64,000 bases of DNA from Mustelus asterias (GCF_964213995.1 NC_135829.1:17670001-17734000); one strand, 5' to 3'; positions 39,401 through 49,760 are shown, counted from the stretch's first letter. The notes: a model not told the origin generated them from the sequence alone. A program made the numbers and translations.

Positions 39401-42400
39401 TCAAACAATGACGAGACAGAGTACAGGAATGAGATAGAGAATCTGGTGAATTGGTACGGCGACAATAAACTCTCCCTCAATGTCAACAAAACGAAGGAGA
39501 TTGTCATCGACTTCAGGAAGGGTAGTGGAGAACATGCCCCTGTCTACATCAATGGGGGCGAAGTAGAAAGGGTCGAGAGCTTCAGGTTTTTAGGTGTCCA
39601 GATCACCAACACCTGTCCTGGTCCCCCCATTCCGATACTATAGTTAAAAAAGCCCACCAACACCTCTACTTTCTCAGAAGACTAAGGAAATTTGGCATGT
39701 CAGCTACGACTCTCACCAACTTTTACATATGCACCATAGAAAGCATTTTTTCTGGTTGTATCACAGCTTGGTATGGGCTCCTGCTGTGTCCAAGACCGCA
39801 AGAAACTACAAAAGATCATGAATGTAGCCCAATCCGTCACACAAACCAGCCTTCCATCCATTGAATCTGTCGACACTTCCCGCTGCCTCGGAAAAGCAGC
39901 CAGCATAATTAAGGACCCCACGCACCCGGACATTCTCTCTTCCACCTTCTTCCAGCAGGAAAAAGAGACAAAAGTCTGAGATCATGTACCAACTGACTCA
40001 AGAACAGCGTCTTCCCTGCTGCCATCAGACTTTTGAATGGACCTATCTTGCATTAAGTTGATTTATCTCTACACCCTAGCTATGACTGTAACACTACATT
40101 CTGCACTCTTACGTTTCCTTCTCTATGAACGGTATGCTTTGTCTGTATATAGCGTGCAAGAAACAATACTTTTCACTGTATACTAATACATGTGACAATA
40201 ATAAATCAAATCAAATCAAATGCGACAACCCATTATACAGGAAGTAGTAGCTGGAAATTTAGAAAACCATAACATAATCAAAACTTGTACACAAATCACT
40301 AAATATTAGCATACAGATACAGCAAAAATTAGGAAGGCAAATAGAATGTTGTCCTTTATTGCAAGAGGGATACAGTATATAATTGTTACAACTGTACAGG
40401 GTATTGGTGAGACTTACCCTAGAATATTGTGTACGGTTCTATTCTCCTTACTTAAGCAGCATTGGAGAAAGTTCAGAGAAGGTTTGCTAGTTTGATTTCT
40501 GGGACGAAGGGTTATCTTATGTGGAAAGGTTGACTAGGTACCTGTAGAGTTTAGAAGAATGTGAGGTGATCTTATTGAAGCATGTAAGATTCTGGGGTGC
40601 TTGATGGAGTAGGTGCTAGAGGATGTTTCCCTTTATGAAGGAAGAATCTAGAACTAGGGGGATGTTTCAATATAAGGGGTCTCCCATTTAGGACAGAGAA
40701 AGATTTTCTTCCCTCAGAGGGTCATTAATCTTTGGAATTCTTTACCCCAGGGTGTAATGGAGACTGGATCATTGAATATATTCATGGCTGAGCTTTGACT
40801 GACAAGCAAGTCAAGGTTTGTGGGCGGGTAGGTAGGAAAGTGAAGTTGAGGCCATGATAGATCAGCAATGATCTTATTGCATAATACAGCAGGATCGAGG
40901 GGCTGAATGGCCCAATTCTTTTCTTATCTCTTATGTTGTGTCTCTCCAAAACCCAGTTTAGGACATAGAACAGTACAGCACAGAACAGGCCCTTCGGCCC
41001 ACGATGTTGTGCCGTGTTTGTTGACACTATTCTTACAGAGATCCATTTGTACCTGTGTGGTGAACCATTGTTGGTTCCCACCAGGTAGTGCTGAGCCATG
41101 GTCTGGCCAGTACTATGAGTCTGTAGATATGTTACTGTTGGGGTTAGGGTTGGGCTGTTCTACCTGTTAATATAGTCCTTATGGTACACCCCAGTCGGCT
41201 CCGCCTCCTGGGAGAGGTATAAAGGTCACTGCTCTGCCTGGTGACCCTTTAGTCTGGGATCGTATACTGTATATGGTAGCTCTGTTATTGTTGGCAATAA
41301 AAGCCTTTATTTCCCGAGTACATCCAGCCTCTCGTGTGTTATATCGCGCATCAATTTTATTGCCAACAAGTAAATTCTTTTTTTTTGAAAAAAATACGAC
41401 AAAAGAAAACATGGAGCAAATGCTTAAACCCGAACGGCTTACGTTGGACCCACGTGCGGCGGGAGCATCGAACACTTTCGACCACTGGTTGAAGTGTTTC
41501 CAAGATTACCTCGACGCCTCCACAGCGGTCACCGACGACGCCGACAGACTCCGGGTCCTCCACGCGAGGGTAAGCGACGCTGTATACCTAGCGATCCGTG
41601 GGGCCACCGACTACAAAGGGGCCCTCGAGCTTCTCAAGAAGCGATACAACAAACCGCCGAATGAGATCCATGCTCGATACCTTCTAGCCACTCGACGGCG
41701 GCAGCCCGGCGAAACGACGTAACAGTACGCGTGCGAGCTTCAGCAGCGAGCCAGAGCCTGCAACTGCAAGTCAGTGTCGGCAGACCAGTACATGAACGAC
41801 CTAGCTCGAGATGCGTTCGTGGCGGGAATTGGCTCGTCGTACATCCGCCTCCGGCAGTTGGAACAAGGTAACCTCGATCTCACTAAAACCATAGAGTTAG
41901 CTGACGCTCTAGAAACGGCCTCCAAAAGTCTGGCGATGTACCCCGACGACCACATGGAGACAGCGTGGCAGGGGCAGTCGCAGACTCCACTTCATTCAGC
42001 GGGACCGAAAAACTGCGCGATTGCGTTCCCAGCCTCGGACCTGACGACGGCAGCAGCTCCAGGTGGCCCGCGGTGTTACTTCTGTGGGGGGGGCGAAACA
42101 CCCTCGGCAGCGATGTCCAGCTAAAGCGGTATTGTGCTCCGCCTGCGGCAAGAAGGGGCACTATTCCAAGGTATGCCTGTCCAAACTTCCATCCAAGAAC
42201 AGCAGTGCGGCATGTGACTCCCCGGAGCCGGCCTCCTTGTCTTCTGCATCTTCAAGGTCTTCTACCACGTGCGATTCCAGGACGTCGCCATTCCGAACGA
42301 TGGAGTCGCAAGACACGTGCGACCTGAAGGGGCCGCAGGTTTTGGCGCCATCGTCCACGTGCGACCTATGGGGACAGCCATTTTGGTCGGCACTGACCGT

Positions 42401-45400
42401 GAATGACCAGCAGGGGTCGTCAACAACCATCTCAGCTGCCTGCAGTTGCACCCACGAACCAACGGTGGCTTCGATCATCCTAGACCAGGCCAAGACTCAC
42501 AGACTCCACAAGTCCATGATGGACATACAGGTAAACAAACGCCCAATTTATTGTTTGTTTGACAGCGGGAGCACGGAGAGCTTCATTCACCCAGACACCG
42601 TGAAGCGGTGTGGTCTCCAGATTCGGACTGTCAAGCGGACAATTTTGATGGTGTCAAGGTCCCGGTCTGTCACCGTGCTAGGGAGTTGCGTGGTCAATCT
42701 GACGGTGCAGGGCACGGTTTACGAGAACTTCAGGCTCCTTGTGTTACCGCACCTTTGCGCGCCAATACTCCTAGGACTAGATTTTATGGTCCACTTGAAG
42801 AGTGTAACCCTGCAGTACGATGGGCCACTCCCTCTGCTTTCAGTGGGAGACCCGCAGCCTCTAAATTGCCCAACACGCTCCACATGTAGTCTCTCAACGC
42901 TTACGATTACCACACCCTCCCTATTCCAGAATCTCGTGCCAGGCTGCAAGCCTATCGCAACAAAGAGCAGGCGTTACAGCGCTGAGGATCGGATCTTCAT
43001 TTGATCTGAAGTTCAGCGGCTCCTCAAGGAAGGGATCATCCAACCTAGTGCTAGTCCTTGGAGAGCGCAAGTCGTGGTGGTTAAGAATGAGAACAAACCC
43101 CGGATGGTCATTGACTATACCATTAACAGATACACGCAGCTGGATGCGTATCCCCTCCCGCGCATATCTGACATGGTCAATCAGATTGCGCAGTACCGGG
43201 TGTTCTCCACCATCGACTTAAAATCTGCTTACCACCAGCTCCCCATTCGCCCAGAGGACCGACAATACACCGCCTTTGAGGCGGATGGTCGCCTGTACCA
43301 TTTTTTAAGGGTTCCTTTTGGTGTCACCAATGGGGTCTCGGTCTTCCAGCGTGCTATGGACCGAATGGTGGACCATAACGGACTGCGGGCTACCTTCCCG
43401 TACCTGGATAACATCACCATCTGTGGCCATGACCAGCAGGACCACGATGCCAACCTTCTTAGATTCTTATGCACTGCATCTCGCCTGAATCTGACCTACA
43501 ACAGGGAGATGTGTGTATTTCGCACGCGCCACCTAGCTATCCTCGGATACGTGGTGGAAAACGGGGTCCTTGGCCCTGATCCAGACCGTATGCGTCCTCT
43601 CCTCGAACTTCCCCTGCCCACTAGCGTCAAAGCACTGAGAAGATGTTTAGGCTTCTCATACTACGCACAGTGGGTTCCCAATTACGCGGACAAAGCCCGT
43701 CCGCTCATCAAGTCTACCTCTTTTCCCCTAGCAACAGAGGCTCGCTTAGCCTTTGCAAGAATAAAAGCCGACATCGCGAAAGCCACGATGCACGCTATCG
43801 ATGAGTCCATCCCCTTCCAGGTGGAGAGTGATGCATCTGATTTCGCCCTGGCCGCCACACTTAACCAGGCGGGCAGGCCCGTCGCCTTTTTCTCTCGCAC
43901 CCTCCAAGGCCCTGAAATTCGACATTCGGCGGTGGAAAAGGAGGCCCAGGCCATTGTGGAGGCTGTTCGGCATTGGCGCCATTACTTGGCGGGAAAACGG
44001 TTCACTCTGCTCACGGACCAGCGGTCCGTGGCGTTCATGTTCAACAACACGTTACGGGGTAAGATCAAGAATGATAAGATCTTGAGGTGGAGAATCGAAC
44101 TCTCCACCTACAATTATGATATCATGTATCGTCCAGGGAAGCTCAACGAGCCCTCGGATGCCCTGTCGCGTGGAACATGCGCCAGTATGCAGGAGAATCG
44201 ATTGCAGGCTCTCCACAATGACCTCTGCCATCCGGGGGTCACTCGGCTCTTCCACTTCATAAAAGCCCGGAATCTACCCTACTCGGTGGAGGACGTCAGG
44301 TCCATAACCAGAAGCTGCCGGGTATGCGCGGAATGCAAACCGCACTTTTACCGACCTGACAGGGCACAACTCGTTAAGGCCACTCGTCCCTTCGAAAGAC
44401 TGAGTGTGGACTTTAAAGGCCCCCTTCCCTCGACAGATCGGAACGTGTACTTCCTCAATGTGGTTGATGAGTACTCACGATTCCCTTTTGTCATTCCCTG
44501 TTCTGATATGACCGTTGCCACGGTTATCAAGGCATTTCGTGATCTTTTCACCCTGTTCGGTTACCCCTGTTATATCCACAGTGATAGGGGCTCGTCGTTC
44601 ATGAGCGATGACTTGAGGCAATACCTGCTCTCATATGGGATTGCCTCTAGTAGAACCACGAGCTACAACCCAAGGGGTAACGGACAGGTCGAACGAGAGA
44701 ATGCTACAGTCTGGAAGACTGTCTTACTGGCGTTGAGGTCTAAAGGTCTTCCAGTCTCCCGTTGGCAAGAGGTACTCCCTGATGCGCTCCACTCCATACG
44801 CTCACTCCTGTGTACGGCAACCAACGCTACTCCTCATGAGAGAATGTTTTCATTCCCTAGGATGATATTCCTCTGGGACCTCATTACTGTCTTGGTTGAC
44901 GTACTCAGGACCTGTCCTCCTGCGGTGACATGTTAGGACCCGCAAGTCCGACCCTTTGGTTGAACAGGTCCATCTCCTCCACACCAACCCTCAGTTTGCC
45001 TGCGTGGCATATCTTGACGGGCGAGAGGACACGGTCTCGATTCGAGATCTGGCGCCAGCAGGGGGCTTGGAAACCCCTGTCGCTCCCACACCTCCTGTTA
45101 GGGACCCCCCAACCATTATTTCCCCTCCTGATACGGCGCGGGCAGTATCGGGACCACCACTTAACCCTCTTACTCCCGTGTACAGCTTGCCTGAGTCCAG
45201 GAGATGGTCGCCACTTCAAGGCGTGCCCGAGTTCAGCGGATTGTCACCACCTCGGGGTCTACCAGCCTGTGAGGCACTGGAGGAGTCGCTGGACACCGCC
45301 TTGGAGAGAATGTCACCGCGATTGCCTGAACCGATGTCATCGCCGGTGTTGAGGAGGTCACAACGACGGTGCGGTCCCCCAGACCGTTTGAACTTATGGA

Positions 45401-48400
45401 CAGATGAACAATTGTTCTGTGTTTTGTACCCCGCCGGCCTTTGTTTTCAAAGGAGGGGTGAATGTGGTGAACCATTGTTGGTTTCCACCAGGTAGTGCTG
45501 AGCCATGGTCTGACCAGTACTATGAGTCCGTAGATATGTTACTGTTGGGGTTAGGGTTGGGCTGTTCTACCTGTTAATACGGTCCTTATGGTACACCCCA
45601 GTCGGCTCCGCCTCCTGGGAGAGGTATAAAGGTCATTGCTCTGCCTGGTGACCCTTTAGTCTGGGATCGTATACTGTTTATGGTAGCTCTGTTATTGTTG
45701 GCAATAAAAGCCTTTATTTCCCGAGTACATCCAGCCTCTCGTGTGTTATATCGCGCATCAACCTGTATCAATGCAGCCAGTACCATCCTCTGAAATTGCT
45801 CTCCTAACAAGTTTAGTGGTTGCTCCTCTTCACCTAAGGCTCCATTCCTGGCCTTCTCCACACATACGTGCTGCCTTTAGAGTGTTACCAGGAGTCAGCC
45901 AATATAGCCAAATGTAGCAAAGTCAATCCCTCACTTCATCCCTCCATCGCTGCCCCCAGTGTGTTACTGTCTGATTTCGAATTTGACATTAAGTTCTTCT
46001 CAAACCAGAACTTTCACCAACTTAACATTGGAAAAATCAAAGCCACCCTACTTGCCTCCAATGCACACTGAAACTCCTATCTGACCCTGGGCTGAACTTC
46101 AAAACCACCACCAAATGTTGTGACTTCCTCTCCCAAATATCATCTGCCTCCATTCCTATCTCACACTGAATGCCACTAGAATCCTCCACAACTTCAATCC
46201 CTCAACCACTCACATCTCCAATCCTTTCCTCACTGGCCTCCTGAACATTACAGATCAGACTCCAGATCAACCAGAACCCATCACCTACATCCTGTCCTAA
46301 TGGCATCCCGCTCCATAATCATTCCTATCTTCCCCTCAAGCACTGAGTTTAACCCTCCTAGGACACAGAATAGCATTCTAGGCCCAATCATTCTCAGCTG
46401 CTTCACCAATGCTTTTCCCGCCATTATAAATATAGAGTTGGTGTTTACTAATGATTGCACAGTGCTCAGCATCATTTGCCATTTCCCAGTTATTGAAGTC
46501 ATCCATACCCACATGCAGCAAGACCTGAACAACATCCAGGCTTGAACTGATAAGCAACATTCACACCACAAAACTGCAGACAATGATCATTGCTTACAAG
46601 AGAGAGTCTAACCATCTCCTCCTGGCATTCAAAGGCATCACCATGGTCATATCCCCCACTCTCATTATTCCTGGTAAGTCATCATGTTCAGAAACAAAAC
46701 TGGACCAGTCAAAACTGGAAGAATGCTATGGCTCCTAAAGCAGGTCAGAGGCCTCCTGTCTCCCCAAAACATTACCAGCTACAAGGCACAGGTTAGGAGG
46801 GTAATGGAATACTCTCCACTTTTCTGGGAGAGTGCAACTGCAATTCAAGAAGTTCATCACCATCCAGCATGATTTAGGATGACTGGCTCCCCATCTATCA
46901 ACTTAGACATTCATTCTCTTCACTGTGGTGGCATCATGGTTGCAGTGTGTTCCATCTGTTAGATATGTTGCAGCAACTTACTCTCCTTCGGCAGCACCTT
47001 CCAAAATCCACAACCTCTACTATCTAGAAGGGCAAGGGCATGGGAGCATCATCACCTGTAAGTTCCCCTCCAAGTTACACACTGTCCTGATTCAGACATA
47101 AGTCACTGTTTCTTTATTGCAGCTGGGTCAAATCCTGAAACTGTCTACCTATTAGCAATGTGGAAGCGTTTACACAACATAAATCGCAATGATTCAAGAA
47201 GACGATCTATCACCACTTTCTTAAGAGTTGGGCATTAAATGTTGGACTTCGTCAACAACACTCAAACCAATATTGAATTCTTTAAAAGGTTACCAATCCT
47301 GTGTGTCCCAGTGCATTGATCTAGGATACAGCAATCAGTCTTCAGATCCCACATCCTGCGATTCTCTCCCTTACCACCTACCCACCTTAGCATATCTATG
47401 GTAAAAGTTTGTTTAAAACCTACCTCTCCAACCAAGTCACTTCCATTCACTCCCCTCCTACCTCAAGCTCATACCAATCCCCACGCTTCCACATTTGCAA
47501 AATAACACAGACTGTTCCCCACTCTGACCAAAATCCATAAATTCAACTTCTTGTTCTCATGATGTTAACTGTGGCTCAGTGACCATCACTCTCACCTCAG
47601 AGTTAGAAGATTGTGGGTTTAAGCACCCCCTCCAGAGATGTGAGTTTGAAATCTAACCTGGCACTCCAGTGCGGAACTGAGGGAGTGCTGCATGGTTGTA
47701 GGTGTCATCTTTTGGATGAGATGTTAAAGCGTGGTCTGCCCTCTCTGTTGTAGGGTAAAAATTCTGCAGCAACTATTATTCAGAAGAGTAGAGGAGTTTC
47801 CATTGGTGCCTTGTCAATATTTACCAGCTAACTAACATCACTGAAACAATCAGGCCATTATCACACTGCTGTTTGTAGGATCTATATGTGAAAATTGATG
47901 CCAAGTTTCCAGCTTTAGAACAGAAACCACATTTAGAAAGTACTTCATTGACTGTAAAGTGTTTGAATGTCCTGACATTGTGAACGGCACTATATAAATG
48001 TAAGTCTTTCTTTCATTTCTTGTAGTGAGCATGTTTCTGATGAGCATATCGAGACTATTAGAAAGGTATTTTGTGCAGTGTGTTTGAAGCTCATTTTTGA
48101 ATGGTTAAGCTGTTAAACTGTAATAACGGTGCAGTTACCCAGAGCTCTGAACAGATGCTATCATAGATTGACTGATCTGGAGCTGCAGGATCTGACTCAC
48201 ACCATTGATCTGATAACAGTACTGACAAAAACACCACTTACCAAGCTGCACCAGAGCTCAAATACAAACTAAAACTCCCAAATCAGACTCAAGTCATGAG
48301 CTGAATTTGGATTGAGGGTCGGAGCAAACATCACTTATCATTCGAGGAGCAGAAATTATCTTCAGACCCCTCCTCCATCACGTAGGCTGACTCTCACTCA

Positions 48401-48950
48401 AGTAGTCTGATCACTCCCTAATCACGCAGTCTGACCCCTCAATCACATAGTCTGGCCCCCATCACTAACCTGGCCCTCAATCATGTCGTCCACATAGTCT
48501 GACCCCCCATCACAAACTCTGATCTCTTCCCCGTCACACAGTCCAACCCACCCAATCATCGAGTCTGATCTCCACCCTCACACAGTCTGAGCCCTACGAC
48601 ACACTCTCATCCCCCCATTTGCACATTCTGACCCCCCCTCCCCCCCACCCCCGCCCCCCCCAATCCCCCCTCCCCCCCAACCCCCCCCTCCCCACCCCCC
48701 CACACCCCACCCCCCCTTCCCCACCCCCCCTCCCCACCACCCCCCCACACCCTACCACCCCCCTCCCCCCCCACCCCTCCCCCACCCCTCCCCCCACCCC
48801 CCCCACCCCCCCCACCCCTCCCCCCCTCCCCCCACCCCTCCCCCCACCCCTCCCCCCTCCCCCCCTACCCCTCCCCCCCCCCCCCCACCCCTCACCTGTA
48901 GCATGATGGAACAGAAGCAAAAGACCCACAGATAGAGCACCGAGTGCCAT
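18197..48950 (-). CDS. Gene A (whole span): 10-exon type I membrane IgSF receptor, 550 aa (leader, Cys-rich Ig-like D1, V-set D2, S/T/P stalk, TM, Tyr-motif tail); uncharacterised family
   Basis: Manual exon chain: 48950-48896, 32638-32240, 30830-30351, 30204-30121, 28387-28277, 28168-28147, 28055-28021, 27926-27746, 18632-18598, 18447-18197. Lengths 55+399+480+84+111+22+35+181+35+251=1653 nt, open throughout. All introns GT..AG with matching phases 1,1,1,1,1,2,1,2,1. Confidence 0.85.
18598..18632 (-). CDS. Gene A exon 9, 35-nt cytoplasmic exon (NGDKTETQGGK)
   Basis: Acceptor ttttctattttcctaag|, donor AAT|GTAAGT, phase 2-1; resembles exon 7. Confidence 0.75.
20165..24865 (+). mobile_element. 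Full-length Ty3/Gypsy LTR retrotransposon, copy 1 (Mag-like double zinc knuckle)
   Basis: LTRs 20165-20462 and 24568-24865 (298 bp, TG..CA); TSD CTTGC; PPT aaaggaggggtgaa; domain order gag-PR-RT-RH-IN. Confidence 0.97.
20520..24504 (+). pseudogene. Gypsy copy 1 gag-pol, open from gag through RNase H, with integrase frameshifted by an 11-bp deletion near 23288
   Basis: CYFC..H..C/CSGC..GH..C, FDSGS, YLDN, ESDAS, HHCC, SVD/HSDRG/GQVER. Copy 2 retains tggaacatgcg at the junction. Confidence 0.9.
25360..26500. repeat. Pyrimidine-rich minisatellite, about 20-bp unit TTTCTCGCTGTCTCTCTCCC
   Basis: Direct reading of the tandem units. Confidence 0.95.
27746..27926 (-). CDS. Gene A exon 8, cytoplasmic Tyr motifs LPYSVF, VAYAVT, HVYCLI
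   Basis: Acceptor ccttctttctag|, donor AAGG|GTAAAT, 181 nt, phase 1-2. Confidence 0.8.
28021..28055 (-). CDS. Gene A exon 7, 35-nt cytoplasmic exon (DGDVQLTQEDE)
   Basis: Acceptor ttttataactgtag|, donor AAT|GTAAGT, phase 2-1. Confidence 0.75.
28147..28168 (-). CDS. Gene A exon 6, 22-nt cytoplasmic microexon (GSSAPGQR)
   Basis: Pyrimidine tract then AAG|, donor AG|GTAGGC. The phase 1->2 switch is required to keep exon 7 open. Confidence 0.7.
28277..28387 (-). CDS. Gene A exon 5, transmembrane helix (IIPVIIGIVCVVVLICIVGVICIV-RRKR)
   Basis: Acceptor ttcttctctgcag|, donor AAAG|GTAAGT, 111 nt, phase 1-1; hydrophobic run followed by a basic stop-transfer motif. Confidence 0.9.
28750..29037 (-). 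mobile_element. HE1-like SINE
   Basis: Head ggcacagtggttagcactgctgcctcacagc on the minus strand. Confidence 0.85.
30121..30204 (-). CDS. Gene A exon 4, Ser/Thr/Pro stalk (DQVTRSPISSSESPDTLTSTSGISPVTN)
   Basis: Acceptor tgtttctcag|, donor AACA|GTGAGT, 84 nt, phase 1-1; repeats SPDTxTSTSGISPVT of exon 3. Confidence 0.75.
30351..30830 (-). CDS. Gene A exon 3, V-set Ig domain D2 plus start of stalk
   Basis: Acceptor ttgtttctag|, donor GAAG|GTAAGT, 480 nt, phase 1-1. EGENVTLPC, LLWI, NLTIHSVKELDTGSYLC V-set hallmarks. Confidence 0.92.
30982..32046. mobile_element. Harbinger-like non-autonomous element with a nested SINE (about 31500-31795, plus)
   Basis: Imperfect TIRs gggcagaattttt / gaaaatcctggcc; 3-bp TSD ATC. 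Confidence 0.55.
32240..32638 (-). CDS. Gene A exon 2, atypical Ig-like domain D1 (9 Cys, no core Trp)
   Basis: Acceptor ccttatccctgcag|, donor GACG|GTGAGT, 399 nt, phase 1-1. GDVTTLQC (B-strand-like) and LCDDSMIFTC (F-strand-like). Confidence 0.8.
32770..33920 (+). mobile_element. CR1-type LINE fragment with internal deletion
   Basis: PDDWRTANVVPLFKKG..PGNYRP; FTRMLSGM..; (tatga)n-like tail. Confidence 0.9.
34080..36230 (-). mobile_element. Nested stack: old LINE 3' end > HE1-like SINE (about 34168-35841) > CR1 (34226-35548)
   Basis: SINE halves rejoin as gagtctgca|ccgaccacaatcc; tgccttc is duplicated around the SINE; CR1 RT motifs QHGF, DFSKAFD, GVPQGSVLGP, KFADD. Confidence 0.85.
37555..37871. 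mobile_element. hAT-family MITE
   Basis: 14-bp TIRs cagtggttcccaaa / tttgggaaccactg; perfect 8-bp TSD CCTTATAC. Confidence 0.92.
37956..38395 (-). mobile_element. Penelope 3' end/pseudo-LTR with hammerhead motif at 38053-38089
   Basis: Homologous to 13500-13906; CAC-CUGAAGA..GAAA-GCU-U-GUG. Confidence 0.85.
38440..38785 (-). mobile_element. HE1-like SINE
   Basis: Similarity to the other copies. Confidence 0.8.
39140..40220 (+). mobile_element. Rex1/Babar-type LINE 3' fragment inserted in a CR1 remnant (about 38960-40930)
   Basis: GAPQ, KFADDTTVVGRI, (caaat)n tail. Confidence 0.88.
41056..45760 (+). mobile_element. Full-length Ty3/Gypsy LTR retrotransposon, copy 2 (decayed ORF)
   Basis: LTRs 41056-41353 and 45463-45760; TSD ACCTG; PPT; stops at about 41720 and 43002; frameshifts at about 42090 and 44870. 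Confidence 0.97.
46350..47270 (+). mobile_element. Old LINE RT/3' fragment
   Basis: QNSILGPIILSCF..MQQDLNNIQA remnant. Confidence 0.55.
47560..48015 (+). mobile_element. Old SINE, DeuSINE/SacSINE-like
   Basis: tRNA-like head tggctcagtg..tgggttt; tail ctatataaatgtaagtctttc. Confidence 0.5.
48630..48890. repeat. C-rich low-complexity tract (G-runs on the minus/transcript strand)
   Basis: Direct reading; abuts the exon 1 donor. Confidence 0.9.
48896..48950 (-). CDS. Gene A exon 1, signal peptide MALGALSVGLLLLFHHAT(G)
   Basis: ATG, hydrophobic leader, phase-1 donor ACAG|GTGAGG; close paralog at 4313-4367. Confidence 0.85.
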
Positions 48951-49067
48951 TGCAGATTCTTAGATCATGTTAGCCCTTCAGAAACTGGATAACTGTTTCA
49001 ACATTACACATCGACTCGTAACCAAAAAAGAGAAGTGGCCCTTTTAAGGGTTGTGGAAGAGAAAAAC

Positions 49068-49086
49068 AGCTTCCTGTTGCACCAAC
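49068..49086 (-). promoter_or_regulatory. ETS-type motif (ACAGGAAG) upstream of the gene A leader
   Basis: Minus strand reads ttggtgcaACAGGAAGct, about 118 nt upstream of the ATG; conserved in gene B. Confidence 0.5.
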
Positions 49087-49519
49087 TCAAATTAAATTTA
49101 CGAAATAAAACTATATAAATGGTATGGCCACAGCTGTTAGCATGTTCAATCCTCAACCAGAGTAGGAACTGGAGGGATGAGATTCTGAATATAACAGTAC
49201 ATTCAGGATGTGCATCACAGTGAATAACACACCCAGCAGCTGTGTCATATTGTGCTGTCCACTTAGAACAATGGAAAACACTCGTGGAGACAAGACTGTG
49301 ATTGCTAAAACAAAGGGGAGGTTTAGAGTTAGCACCCCCAGAAGGTAAGTGACCCAATCGAGGACAAAGCTGCACTTACAGTCTGTCCAATCTTATCCTG
49401 GACTGAAGTCAGTGTAGAGTAATATTGGGCTGGGTGTAAAATTAGCATTAGATCGTGAGGTTTTCCCATCCAAGCTAATAAGCTTAAACAATGGTGTATT
49501 CTGTAGAAGGATCATTTAC

Positions 49520-49760
49520 ATCATAGAATCATATAAAATCCTTACAGTGCAGAAGGAGGCCATTTGGCCCATCAAGCCTGTACCGACTCTTCAACAGAAC
49601 ATCTTACCCTATCCCCATGACCCTGCTCGTCCCTCTAACATACACATCTTGGGACACTAAGGGGAAATTTAGCACAACCAATCCACCTAACCTGCACATC
49701 TTGGGACACTAAGGGGCAATTTAGCATGGCTGATCCACCTAACCTGCACATCTTTGGACA
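49520..49760 (-). mobile_element. Partial HE1-like SINE with an internal tandem repeat
   Basis: cacatcttgggacactaagggg repeated. Confidence 0.7.

Noticed and set aside
48594-48950. Gly-rich 118-aa and Pro-rich 95-aa ORFs
   Set aside because: Low-complexity tract; only the first 55 nt (leader exon) are supported by a splice donor and a paralog.
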